A stretch of DNA of 64,000 nucleotides. Origin: Deltaproteobacteria bacterium (GTDB taxonomy: Bacteria; Desulfobacterota; Desulfobulbia; Desulfobulbales; SURF-16). Below, piece after piece: positions 39,382 to 48,843 of this stretch (position 1 is its first letter; the number at the start of each line of letters is the position of its first letter). The translations under genes and the position numbers were made by a program. The stretch is taken from positions 54,116 through 118,115 of the forward strand of contig JACRCD010000044.1 of NCBI GenBank assembly GCA_016219175.1, written 5' to 3'. The notes beneath the pieces are model-generated. The model was not told the origin of the DNA. It ran no database searches and saw only the letters and a program-made list of their open reading frames with translations.

Positions 39382-42300
39382 GGATCAGACGGCTCGAGCT
39401 GAGGGCGTTCGGGCCTTTTACGGACAGGACCCTGGAGTTTCGCGGCGACAAACCGGGACTGCATATTATCTATGGTCCCAACGAGGCTGGTAAAAGCAGT
39501 TCCCTACGTGGACTCAAGGCCTTGCTCTACGGCTTTCCGGAGCGTACCGCGGACGGTTTTCAGCACGCCAATGAAAATTTGCTGGTGGCCGGATGTCTGC
39601 AGGCTGAGGATGGCAGGGAGATCTGCTTTCAGCGGCGCAAGAGAAGAAAGGCGGATATCCTTGATGGGGCGGGCAATCCTCTGGCCGACGGTGCGCTTTT
39701 TTCTTTTCTGCCCGGTATCGACCAGGGGCTTTTTGAGTCTCTGTACGGTATTGACCATGCCGTTCTGGTGCAGGGTGGAGAGGAGATCCTCGCCCAGAAG
39801 GGGGAGGTCGGGCAGACCCTCTTTGCCGCTGGCTCCGGGATCTCCTCCCTACGTTCCATCCTCGATTCCCTGGAAGGTGAGGCAGATGAACTTTTCAAGG
39901 CGCGGGGTTCACGGCAGCTGCTCAATACGGCCATTGCCGAATACAGGGAACTGCTGAAGACGGTCAAGCAGACCAGCCTTTCCAGCCGGCAGTGGCAGGA
40001 ACATCGGAAACAGCTCGATGATGCGGAAAGGGAGCGGCAACGGCTGCAGAATGAGCGGGAGGCCAAACAAAAGCAGGTGCATCACCTGGAGCGGTTAAAA
40101 CGGGCCATTCCCTTTCTTGCCAGGCGGGCAAAACATTTGCTGCAACTGGAAGAGTTGGGTGAGGTACAGGTGTTGCCCTTGGATTTTGCCGGCAAGAAGA
40201 GAGAAGTGGAACAGCAGCAGCGAGAAACCTTGTTGCAGCTGCAGCAGGCCGGAGGTAGGCTGGAACGGCTTGCAAGGAAGAAGGAAGGCGTAGGGTTTAA
40301 TCAGGTGCTGGTGGATCATGCCTGGTCGATTGTTGATTTGCACCAGCGGCTTGGCCAATACCGCACCGAAGGACGTGACCGGGAAAAAAATGAAGGAATG
40401 CGGATTGGCAGCCGGACCGAGGCGGCGGAGCTGCTGAAGCGCATTCGGCCGGATTTGGCGCTGGCGGATGTTGAGTTGCTGCGGTCGGTGCTTCTTAGAA
40501 AAAAAACAATCCAGGAGCTGATCAACGGTTACCATACCCGGGAGCTACAGGTTGCCCAGGCGAAAAAACATGTCGGGGAGGTGGAACGGCAAATCAAAAG
40601 CGTTGCCGAGGATTTAGAGCAGTTGCCGGCGGCAAAGGATGTCAGCTCTCTGGCCCGGGCGGTAAAACACACAGGGAGGACCGGGGCAATCGATGCGGAC
40701 ATCAAGGCTAAAATCCGTGAAATTGAGAGTGATAAAAAGGAATGTGCGTCTGATCTCAACAGGCTGGGGTGTTGGTCAGGAGAGTTGCACCAGGTAGTTG
40801 ATTTACCCTTGCCACTGCCGGAGACGATCAAAAAATTTGCCGCCCGGTATCAGGATCTGGAAGATGCTAGGCGTCAGTTGGCAAATGAGAGCAGGGAGAC
40901 TGACAGGGAGCTGCAGCAGGCGGTTGACGAGAAAAAAAAGATTGAATATGGCGGGGAAGTGCCCACGGAGGAGGAGCTTGCGCTTGTACGCGGCAAGCGT
41001 GACAATGGTTGGGCGCTTCTGTGCCGGAAGTGGCTGTCGGGAGAGGATGTCGATCTGGAAAGCCGGGCGTATGACCCGCTGCTCTCGTTGCCTGCTGCCT
41101 ATGGAAAATATGTGACTGCAGCCGATACGCTTGCCGATCGTCTGCGCCGGGAGGCGGACAGGGCGGCCGGTTTTGCCGCCATCAGAGCCCGCCTGGAAAG
41201 TCTGGAAGCGAAAAAAAAGGATATTGTCCGCAGGCAGGAGGAGTTTACAGGAGAGATGCACGCCATTGCCCTTGCCTGGCAGGCGATATGGCGGGAAAGT
41301 GGTATCAAGCCGCTGTCACCTGCGGAAATGGCCTCCTGGCTCAATGAATTTTCTGCTATCCGCGCCAGGGTGAAGGAGGTCGCGAGAAAAGAGCAGGAGC
41401 TCGCTGAAAAAAAGGAGCTGCGGCACACTTTACAGCAGAGCCTGGTCATGGAACTCGAATTGCTGGGTGAGGTCCCCCAAAAAACCTCTGTGGAGCTGGA
41501 GCCTGTTATTGTCTTCAGTGAAACGGTGGTGACGGAACATGAGACAAATCAGGCCGGCCGGATGCGGCTTGGGGAGAAAAAAAAGGAACTGCGGGAGAGC
41601 CTGGCGGCTGCCGCCCAGGATCTGCAACTCGCGGAAAAGACATTGACGCAGTGGCAGGGACAATGGCAGGACGCCGTGCAGGGCATGGTGATAGCGGGTA
41701 GTACCCTGGCGCCGGCTGATGCGAATAGCATGCTTGATGATCTGCAGAACTGCTTTGCCAAGATCAAGGACGCGGAGGTGTCCCGCAAGCGTATTGCCGG
41801 CATGACTAAAAACATGGAAAAATATGAGCAGGACGTCAAATCCTTGCTGCAGCGTGTCGTCCCGGAGCTGCTCAGCGAGCCGCCGGACCAGGCGGTGACC
41901 AGGCTGCAGGCCATGCTTGGCAAGGCAAATGAGGACAGAGCCCTGCTGGCCAAATATGTTGAGGACATGGCAAATCTTGAAGAAGAGATCCGCCATGGCG
42001 AAGATACCCTGAAAAGCCTGAATGGACAGATGGGGGAGTTTTTGCGACTTGCCGGCTGTCAAGACGGCGCGGAGCTGGACAAGGCAATTGATCGGTCCGC
42101 CGAGTGGCGCAAAATCAGGGAGATGCTCAATGAGGTCGAGACGACACTTGCTGAAATTGCCGAAGGTCTTTCCCTTGAGGACATAACCCGTGAGACCCTG
42201 GGTCTCCACTCCGCGGAGTTGCAGGGACAGATCGATGCCTTCAAAAGAGAGATCAACGAAGAGCTGAGCCCGAGGATTGATGAATTTTTCGAAGTAATCG

Positions 42301-42884
42301 GCCGTGAGAAAAATGAACTCGGCAAGATGGACGGCGGCTCGCTCGCCGCCGAGGCGGCGGAGAAATCCGAACGGGTGCTGGCCGGGATACGGCGACTTGC
42401 CGACCGCTATGTGCGGGTTAAGCTTGCGGCAAGGGTGCTTGAGCAGGAAATCGAACGATACCGGGAAGAGCATCAAGACCCGATCCTCAGACTTGCCTCC
42501 GGATATTTCGCGGAATTGACCCTTGGCTCCTTTGCCGGCCTACGCACTGATATCGATGAAAACGGCAAGCCGGTTCTTGCCGGCCTGCGTCCGGATGACT
42601 CGCGCGTCTATGTGCAGGGAATGAGTTCAGGAACCCGCGATCAGCTCTATCTCGCTCTGCGCCTTGCCACTCTGGAATGGCGTTTGCAAAGCAGTGATTC
42701 GATGCCCTTTATTGTTGATGATATCCTTATCAATTTTGATGACCGGCGGGTAAAGGCAACCCTGAACGTCCTGGCCCGGTTGGCGGAAAAAACACAGGTA
42801 GTCCTTTTTACCCACCACAGTCAGGTTGTGGAAGATGCCCGGTCGCTGGCAAGCGAAGGGCATGTGCTGATTCATGAGCTGTGA
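39378..42884 (+). CDS. yhaN: YhaN-like Rad50/SMC-type ATPase (AAA_27)
   Basis: GPNEAGKS, long coiled coil, MSSGTRDQLYLALRLA, VDDILINFDD, FTHH. Confidence 0.92.
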   Translation: MRIRRLELRAFGPFTDRTLEFRGDKPGLHIIYGPNEAGKSSSLRGLKALLYGFPERTADGFQHANENLLVAGCLQAEDGREICFQRRKRRKADILDGAGNPLADGALFSFLPGIDQGLFESLYGIDHAVLVQGGEEILAQKGEVGQTLFAAGSGISSLRSILDSLEGEADELFKARGSRQLLNTAIAEYRELLKTVKQTSLSSRQWQEHRKQLDDAERERQRLQNEREAKQKQVHHLERLKRAIPFLARRAKHLLQLEELGEVQVLPLDFAGKKREVEQQQRETLLQLQQAGGRLERLARKKEGVGFNQVLVDHAWSIVDLHQRLGQYRTEGRDREKNEGMRIGSRTEAAELLKRIRPDLALADVELLRSVLLRKKTIQELINGYHTRELQVAQAKKHVGEVERQIKSVAEDLEQLPAAKDVSSLARAVKHTGRTGAIDADIKAKIREIESDKKECASDLNRLGCWSGELHQVVDLPLPLPETIKKFAARYQDLEDARRQLANESRETDRELQQAVDEKKKIEYGGEVPTEEELALVRGKRDNGWALLCRKWLSGEDVDLESRAYDPLLSLPAAYGKYVTAADTLADRLRREADRAAGFAAIRARLESLEAKKKDIVRRQEEFTGEMHAIALAWQAIWRESGIKPLSPAEMASWLNEFSAIRARVKEVARKEQELAEKKELRHTLQQSLVMELELLGEVPQKTSVELEPVIVFSETVVTEHETNQAGRMRLGEKKKELRESLAAAAQDLQLAEKTLTQWQGQWQDAVQGMVIAGSTLAPADANSMLDDLQNCFAKIKDAEVSRKRIAGMTKNMEKYEQDVKSLLQRVVPELLSEPPDQAVTRLQAMLGKANEDRALLAKYVEDMANLEEEIRHGEDTLKSLNGQMGEFLRLAGCQDGAELDKAIDRSAEWRKIREMLNEVETTLAEIAEGLSLEDITRETLGLHSAELQGQIDAFKREINEELSPRIDEFFEVIGREKNELGKMDGGSLAAEAAEKSERVLAGIRRLADRYVRVKLAARVLEQEIERYREEHQDPILRLASGYFAELTLGSFAGLRTDIDENGKPVLAGLRPDDSRVYVQGMSSGTRDQLYLALRLATLEWRLQSSDSMPFIVDDILINFDDRRVKATLNVLARLAEKTQVVLFTHHSQVVEDARSLASEGHVLIHEL

Positions 42885-42902
42885 AGGGAAGCCGGCGATC
42901 AT

Positions 42903-44876
42903 CTACCGGATGCCGCGCTTTCTTTTCTGTTTGCATTCATACATCAGGGTGTCAGCCTGGTTCATCAGCTCTTCAATGGATTGGGGATATTCAGGGTCAT
43001 AACGGACCATGCCGGTGCTCATCGACAAATTGTAGCTGCGTCCGGCAACCCTGTTTCTTTCCTCCATATTGGCGTCAAGCCGGCTCATGACGGTTTTTTC
43101 ATCGGTCGGATCGACGAGCAGTACGGCGAATTCGTCTCCTCCCAGCCTGGCGATGATGTCCGAGTCCCTGAAGGTCTGACGCAGGAGCTGCGCCGTCTCG
43201 ATCAGCACCTGGTCCCCGGCATGATGGCCCATGTTGTCATTGACCCCTTTCAGGTTGTCCACATCGGCAAAAATCAGAAAGATGTTTTCTTCCTGGCGTT
43301 TGGCCACCAGCAGTTGTCTGGTGGCCATGGTCATAAAGCCGCGCCTGTTCAGGAGGCTGGTGAGTTCATCGGTGATGGCGATTTCCCGAAGCCTTGTTTC
43401 ACTCTGCCGCAGTGATTCCTCCATTTTTTTGCGCTTGGAGATGTTGATGGCCAGGCAGACAATGCCGTAGATTTCTCCCTTGCTGTCTCTCATGGGCGAG
43501 GCGCTGAAATGAACCGGTATTTCCTTACCCCATTTTGTCCGGTAGCTGAGTTCACATTCCCTGATGATTTCTCCTTCGGCAAGGTTGCTGAAAGGGCAGT
43601 TGACGGCGGCCTCATCCTGTTTCAGGATAAATCCCAGGGGGCGGCCGGCCAGCTCATGGAGTTCATAGCCGAGCATGGCGCTGGTGGAGTTGTTGATCAT
43701 CTCGATGGCGCCATCGTGGCCGAGAACGACGAGGCTTTCCTGCATGGAGCTGAGGATGGTGTTGAAGTAGTCCCGGGAGATGGTGGTTTCCTTGAGGTTT
43801 CTGGTCATGACGTTGAAGGAGCCGATCAGCCGGCCGATCTCGTCTTGTGACTTGATGACGGCAATCTCGCTGAGATTGCCCTGGGCGATGCCCTTTGCCG
43901 CCTGGGTCAGCCTGGAAAGGGGCAGGGTAATGCCTTTGGACAGCAGGTATGAAAGAATGGAGGCCAGGATAAAGAACGTAATAAAAAGATACAAGAAACC
44001 GAGGCGCATCTTCTTGACCTGCCGCATGAATTCTTCGTGGGGCAGAATTGCCAGGATGGTCCACCGCGGTTCCTGAATGTATGCCTTGGCGACAAAGGAA
44101 TCGACGCCCCGCACCGGGACGCGCAGGAAACCGGGTTGCCCCTCCTGGGCGGGAGGGGCGAAAAGGTTGGCCGGCCCTTCTTCTTCCTTTGCCAGGCAGA
44201 ACATGACCTTGCCTACGCTGCCAAGGGAGGGCTGGTTCGATAGGGACATGATATTACCCAGGGCGTCGCTTACCGCAAGATAACCATTTTCTCCGATCTT
44301 TATGTCGGTCAGGCTCTCGGCGATTTTCTCGTAAGGCAGAGTGGCCAGCAGCATGCCGGCGAATTTGTTCTCAGAATACCGGAATTTGGCAATGGCCAGC
44401 TTAAGTGCGGGCGCCTTGGGGTTGTTGAACATCTCGTCCTGGAAGATGAGCGCTTTGTTCGGGTGGCTGAGGGTTTTTTTAAAAAAAAGGCTCTGGCTGA
44501 AATCCTGAAAATTCTGAGAGATCTCGCCATCAATGATGCGCATCTCTTCAACGCCCCGTTCGTTGATGAAACTCAGATTGGGGAAACTGTGATGAAATCC
44601 GGCCAGGTACGAGGCCAGGGCCGTCTCACGGTAGTTGGTGGAGTAATGGACAATCTCCTGCCCGTCCGCGATACGGTCAAGCAGGTCCGCCCTGGCTGCG
44701 AGAAAGTTGTTGATACTGCGCGCGGCATGGTCGGCGATAAAGGTGAGATGCTCTTTCTGACTGGTTTCCAGCGAGGAGTGTATGTAGTGATAGGAGACAC
44801 TGGCCAGCAGGATGTTGGTGAACAGAATAATCCCCGTGTGCGAGAGCAAGAGGGTGATTTTAAGGGAATGAAACAT
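42903..44876 (-). CDS. Cache-HAMP-PAS-GGDEF diguanylate cyclase
   Basis: Two TMs, DEIG HAMP, PAS, RDSD I-site, GGDEF. Confidence 0.93.
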   Translation of the reverse strand: MFHSLKITLLLSHTGIILFTNILLASVSYHYIHSSLETSQKEHLTFIADHAARSINNFLAARADLLDRIADGQEIVHYSTNYRETALASYLAGFHHSFPNLSFINERGVEEMRIIDGEISQNFQDFSQSLFFKKTLSHPNKALIFQDEMFNNPKAPALKLAIAKFRYSENKFAGMLLATLPYEKIAESLTDIKIGENGYLAVSDALGNIMSLSNQPSLGSVGKVMFCLAKEEEGPANLFAPPAQEGQPGFLRVPVRGVDSFVAKAYIQEPRWTILAILPHEEFMRQVKKMRLGFLYLFITFFILASILSYLLSKGITLPLSRLTQAAKGIAQGNLSEIAVIKSQDEIGRLIGSFNVMTRNLKETTISRDYFNTILSSMQESLVVLGHDGAIEMINNSTSAMLGYELHELAGRPLGFILKQDEAAVNCPFSNLAEGEIIRECELSYRTKWGKEIPVHFSASPMRDSKGEIYGIVCLAINISKRKKMEESLRQSETRLREIAITDELTSLLNRRGFMTMATRQLLVAKRQEENIFLIFADVDNLKGVNDNMGHHAGDQVLIETAQLLRQTFRDSDIIARLGGDEFAVLLVDPTDEKTVMSRLDANMEERNRVAGRSYNLSMSTGMVRYDPEYPQSIEELMNQADTLMYECKQKRKRGIR

Positions 44877-44879
44877 GGG

Positions 44880-45707
44880 CTACTCTTTTCCCAGGGCTGG
44901 AAAAGCGCCATGTTCCATAATGATTTCTTCCGCCTGGGAACTGTGCAGGAAGTTGAGGAAACCTTGGGCGGCGGGACCGGGGCCATCTTTCCATGCCAGG
45001 CCAAGCAAGGAGACAAGTTTGTAGGCGCCCTTGTCGACATTTTTCCTGCCAGGTGAAACACCATTGAGCCGCAGCACTAAAAGCCCCGGCTGATGCGCGG
45101 CCTCGGCCTGGTTTGCGTAGCCGATGGTCTGCCTGTGTCCGCCGATGGTCGTGATGTTTTCCTGGGTCGAATACAGTGTCTGCCCCGCCTGTTTTTTCAT
45201 AACCTTGAAGGCCGGGATATGCGTTTCGATAACAGTCAGAGAGGAATCACCCTTTTCCCGGTTGTCCACGTAGATTCTTTCATGGGGGCCGCCCACGGCG
45301 CTCCAATGGGTGATGGCCCCGGAAAAGATAGCGGCGGCCTGCTCGTCGGTTATGCCCTTGACCGCGCTCACGCTGGTATTGGCCAGGAAAACCACGGGTG
45401 ACCGGGCAAAGAAGAGATAGGAGAGATTGAGCGCTTTTTCTTTTTTGCTAAGAGGCCGGGATACCCGGCCCAGCTGGCATTTGCCGGCGGCGGTGGCCTT
45501 GATGCCGCCGCCGCTGCTGCCGATGGAATCAGGCACCTCGATACTGACAGCCGGCTGGCTTTTTTGATACCCCGTTGCCAGACTGCGGAGGAGATTCTGA
45601 CTGTCGCCCGTGCCGCGGATGACAATTTTAACTTCCGCCCCGCCGGGTATGGCTGTTGTTGTCAGGCAGGCAAGAAGACAGGACAGAAGCAACCAGACCT
45701 TTTTCAT
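44880..45707 (-). CDS. PstS-like periplasmic substrate-binding protein
   Basis: Signal peptide, GTGDS, SIGSSGGGI, IFSGAITHWS.VGG, RE.GDSS; GGAGG RBS. Confidence 0.85.
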   Translation of the reverse strand: MKKVWLLLSCLLACLTTTAIPGGAEVKIVIRGTGDSQNLLRSLATGYQKSQPAVSIEVPDSIGSSGGGIKATAAGKCQLGRVSRPLSKKEKALNLSYLFFARSPVVFLANTSVSAVKGITDEQAAAIFSGAITHWSAVGGPHERIYVDNREKGDSSLTVIETHIPAFKVMKKQAGQTLYSTQENITTIGGHRQTIGYANQAEAAHQPGLLVLRLNGVSPGRKNVDKGAYKLVSLLGLAWKDGPGPAAQGFLNFLHSSQAEEIIMEHGAFPALGKE

Positions 45708-45873
45708 GCAGTTTCCTCCTGTATTATTGTAACGGTTCAGGTGGATAGACTGTAGGGAGCCTTGAAGGTGGACATTGTTTCTGCCGCTGGCGTTTAGCCC
45801 ATGGGCGCAATTACTTCGACAGCCTATTCTCATTCAATACCAGTCGTCATGGTTTTGTCAAATTTTACCGTAA

Positions 45874-46006
45874 GAGGCTCTTGCAAAATGAACTTGTGTG
45901 TCATTCCGAACGTAGTGAAGAATCTGTAATTGCCTTGATTTTATTAGATTTCTCCCTTCGGTCGAAATGGCAGGAGGCGCTCTTTTGCTTATTTTGCAAG
46001 AACCTC
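45874..46006 (+). mobile_element. MITE family B, copy 2 (133 bp)
   Basis: TIRs GAGGCTCTTGCAAAAT / ATTTTGCAAGAACCTC; flanks GTAA / GTAC. Confidence 0.88.
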
Positions 46007-46224
46007 GTACGGCAAGGATTTTTTTCAGCCAATTTTTTTCGCGCTTCAACAACCTTGATTGAGCCCTGCCTTGAACAAGTTTCGACAATTTGTTTCCAGA
46101 GCTCGACAATAATGTCGGCGGGAAAGAGTGAAAAGGAGACCGGGGCTGGTTTTTTGGAAAATAAATTGGTATTTTTTTAAAAAATAATTTCTGATATCAA
46201 TAAGATATGGATTTTCAATAATAC

Positions 46225-46240
46225 TTGGCACGTAAGTTGA
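46225..46240 (+). promoter_or_regulatory. sigma54-like promoter (-12 GA variant)
   Basis: TTGGCACGTAAGTTGA; ATCAATAAGATA at 46196-46207; palindrome CGACA-ATAA-TGTCG at 46104-46117. Confidence 0.6.
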
Positions 46241-46307
46241 AATAACAACTATGCAAACAACGGCATACAACTCTTCATCATATCTTTTCCCCAAGGAGGA
46301 ACACAGC

Positions 46308-46751
46308 ATGAAAAAGATGATAGCAGCAATGGCATTAGTGGCGACAATAGGGTTTTTAGGCATTCAGCAGGCGGGCGCCCAGCGGGGGCCCCAGGGGTGG
46401 ACCGGCGGACCAGGCGCGGCGAACTGCCCGAAGGTGACCGGCGCAGCGCAGGCCCCTGTCATGGATGAAGAAACCCGGCAGATATACAACGCTTTCATGG
46501 ACGCCACCGTGGAATTGCGCAAGGAAATGTTCAGCAAGAGGGAGCAAATGCGAGCCCTGCAGTTTGCAGACCCGGTGGATGAGCAGAAAATAGATGCGTT
46601 GGCCCAGGAGATGTTCGATCTGCGCACCCAGATTCAGGAAAAGGCCACTGAGCTGGGATGGCAGGGCGGCTTTGGCGGTGGTTTCGGACCCGGCTGTGAC
46701 GGCCCGGGCAGAGGCCGGGGTTGCAACGGTCCCTGGTCAAATCAGAACTAA
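46308..46751 (+). CDS. ZraP/Spy/CpxP-family periplasmic protein
   Basis: Signal peptide, Gly-rich termini, helical core T.ELR..M..KR...D..KI..LA.E..DLR; AGGAGG RBS. Confidence 0.82.
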   Translation: MKKMIAAMALVATIGFLGIQQAGAQRGPQGWTGGPGAANCPKVTGAAQAPVMDEETRQIYNAFMDATVELRKEMFSKREQMRALQFADPVDEQKIDALAQEMFDLRTQIQEKATELGWQGGFGGGFGPGCDGPGRGRGCNGPWSNQN

Positions 46752-46780
46752 GAACCTTCATTCCTTTCCTCTTCTCCTCT

Positions 46781-46819
46781 AAAAGCAGCCCCTGAACATG
46801 TCGGGGGCTGCTTTTTTTA
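46781..46819 (+). terminator. rho-independent terminator
   Basis: AAAAGCAGCCCC-loop-GGGGCTGCTTTTTTT. Confidence 0.85.
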
Positions 46820-46879
46820 TTGGCTTTTTCCAATCGGCAATTGATCCGGACCGGCACCACGTAACTCTTGATCTTTCCG

Positions 46880-46950
46880 GTGGGGTGGGCAGGATCTATT
46901 GCCCACCGTTCCGCGGGGGCAAACGATGAACTCATTTGCACAACCCTACG
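46880..46950. repeat. degenerate GTAG-type REP doublet
   Basis: GTGGGGTGGGCA..TGCCCACC followed by an inverted partner ending AACCCTACG. Confidence 0.5.
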
Positions 46951-46962
46951 AAAAAAAAGGCG

Positions 46963-48441
46963 TTACAGCGGACTGGAAGGATGGTCAAAAAGACTTGCCA
47001 AGGCCTTATCAAGCGGGAAACCGGCGGGAAAGTGGTGGTTATAAAAGGTGGTGGCTAACCGCCATTCTTTTTTTACCTCCTCAAGATGGGCGTTGATCTG
47101 TCGCATGAAACCATCAACGTGGGCGCGGTCAAGGAATTCCCCGTAAAGAAGATAATCTTTCCCCTTGCGGAAAAGCATCACTGTTTCCGGCGCATGGCTG
47201 CTGCCGTTTCCCCATTCCGACACGGATTGCAGCAGTTTGTGTCCGAGTTCATCAAGAATCTGGTCGGCAACCACATGGCCTGTTTTCCGCTGAAACTTCT
47301 CGAAAGCCGGAACATCGACCAGAAAAAGGTCGTAGTTCAGGGCATTGTTGCGCAACAGTTTGGCGTCATCAAGGAAATAGAGATAACGGTAATTGTAGAA
47401 ATCCGTCAGGGGTTCCCTGAAATAGGTCTTGCGCCGGAATACTTCAATGTCTTTCATGAATCCGGCTGTCACCTGCCGGGGGGGAGTGACCTCCGGAATC
47501 CGCCCGGCTATTTTTTTCAGCACGTTGACTATGTCCTGATCGAGCTGTCCCGCCGTTGCCTCCTGTTCGAGAATGGCCAAGGCTCTGTCCTGCGGCATGG
47601 AATGTTTGTAGGGCCTTCTGGAGACAAGGGAATCATAGGTGTCCGCCACGGCGATGATGCGGGCGAAAAGGTCGATTTCATCACCCTTGAGTCCGGCCGG
47701 ATAACCGCTGCCGTCGAGCCGTTCATGATGGTTGAGGATGATGTTGGTGATGCGGTCGTCCTGCAGGTGCCGGGCAAAGAGTTTGGCCCCGACCAGGGGG
47801 TGGTACTGCATGATGAAGCGGTCCCGCGGGTCAAAGTTGCCTGGTTTGAGCAGCACATCGTCAGGAATGGCGGTTTTGCCGATATCATGGACCAGGCAGC
47901 CGAAGCGAATGGCTTTCAGGTCATCATCGCTTAGCTCCAGTTCCCGGCCGATGAGGCCGGCAATCTCGGCAACCTGGGCCGCATGTTCAAAGGTGTACTG
48001 GTCCCGGTTGGCGAGCATCTCGGCCACGATCTCCAGGATATCGTGCTGCATGACCTCGCTCTGGCGGCGGATTTTTTCTTCGGCCGCGCGCCGGTTGCGC
48101 ACCTCCTCGGCAAGCAGCGCATTGTTTTCCCGGAGCTGCTCACGGCTCTGCTTGATTCCGGCGATGGTGCGTCCGGTAAAAGTAATGACCAGGAAAACAA
48201 AGATGGAGCCGCCGAATAAAATGAGGGATGAGAGGATTTCCTGCGGGAAAAAGGCCTGGTCACCCAGCAGCGCCAGCGAACCGGCATAGCCGCAGAGAAA
48301 AAGCGCCATCAGCCAGAGGAGAGGGTGCCAGCGGCTCTGGAGTTCATCGGGCAGGCTCCTGGTCATTTTCCGGCCCAGCGCAATGGAGGCGGCAAGCAGG
48401 ATGATGCCGGCGATGATGAAGAAGGCGGAAATGGTCGTCAT
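46963..48441 (-). CDS. membrane HD-GYP phosphodiesterase with degenerate C-terminal GGDEF-like domain
   Basis: 3 TMs, VHDIGK, HHERLDGSGYP, RRPYK; C-terminal EPLTDFYN..GHVVAD..RKGKDY lacks GGDEF. Confidence 0.88.
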   Translation of the reverse strand: MTTISAFFIIAGIILLAASIALGRKMTRSLPDELQSRWHPLLWLMALFLCGYAGSLALLGDQAFFPQEILSSLILFGGSIFVFLVITFTGRTIAGIKQSREQLRENNALLAEEVRNRRAAEEKIRRQSEVMQHDILEIVAEMLANRDQYTFEHAAQVAEIAGLIGRELELSDDDLKAIRFGCLVHDIGKTAIPDDVLLKPGNFDPRDRFIMQYHPLVGAKLFARHLQDDRITNIILNHHERLDGSGYPAGLKGDEIDLFARIIAVADTYDSLVSRRPYKHSMPQDRALAILEQEATAGQLDQDIVNVLKKIAGRIPEVTPPRQVTAGFMKDIEVFRRKTYFREPLTDFYNYRYLYFLDDAKLLRNNALNYDLFLVDVPAFEKFQRKTGHVVADQILDELGHKLLQSVSEWGNGSSHAPETVMLFRKGKDYLLYGEFLDRAHVDGFMRQINAHLEEVKKEWRLATTFYNHHFPAGFPLDKALASLFDHPSSPL

Positions 48442-48809
48442 AAAAATCCCGTCAGCAGGTGCACGGTGAGCAGCAGGCCCAAAGCGCCGATGATGCCGTT
48501 GGTCAGCATGCCGACATGGAGGTTATAACCCGGCGGTATTTCCGCCGGGGTTAAGGTTTTAACTACTTTTTTGTGTTGAAAAAGCGAATAAATGGCAAGG
48601 AGGGAACCGAGCAGCACGAAGGTAACCCCGACCGAGAAGGAAAAGTGCCGTTGAAAGGTTTTGAGGGTCCCTCCCATGGATATCTGCGCAAACAGGCCGA
48701 AGCGCTCAATGACAAAACCGAAGGCCATCAGCGAGGAGCAGGTTCTGTTCCACGACAGGAGGGTGCGTTCCGCGGCAAAGAGCACTCTGGGATCTTTCAG
48801 CTCAGACAT
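48438..48809 (-). CDS. DUF202/YidH inner membrane protein
   Basis: DPRVLFAAERTLLSWNRT. Confidence 0.9.
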   Translation of the reverse strand: MSELKDPRVLFAAERTLLSWNRTCSSLMAFGFVIERFGLFAQISMGGTLKTFQRHFSFSVGVTFVLLGSLLAIYSLFQHKKVVKTLTPAEIPPGYNLHVGMLTNGIIGALGLLLTVHLLTGFL

Positions 48810-48843
48810 CAGGCCACCCGTTTGTTGCTATCCGTATCAATCA

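Noticed and set aside
19308-44876. Hypr (cGAMP-making) GGDEF enzymes
   Set aside because: All three intact GGDEF domains keep GHxxGD (Asp) rather than the Ser of Hypr enzymes
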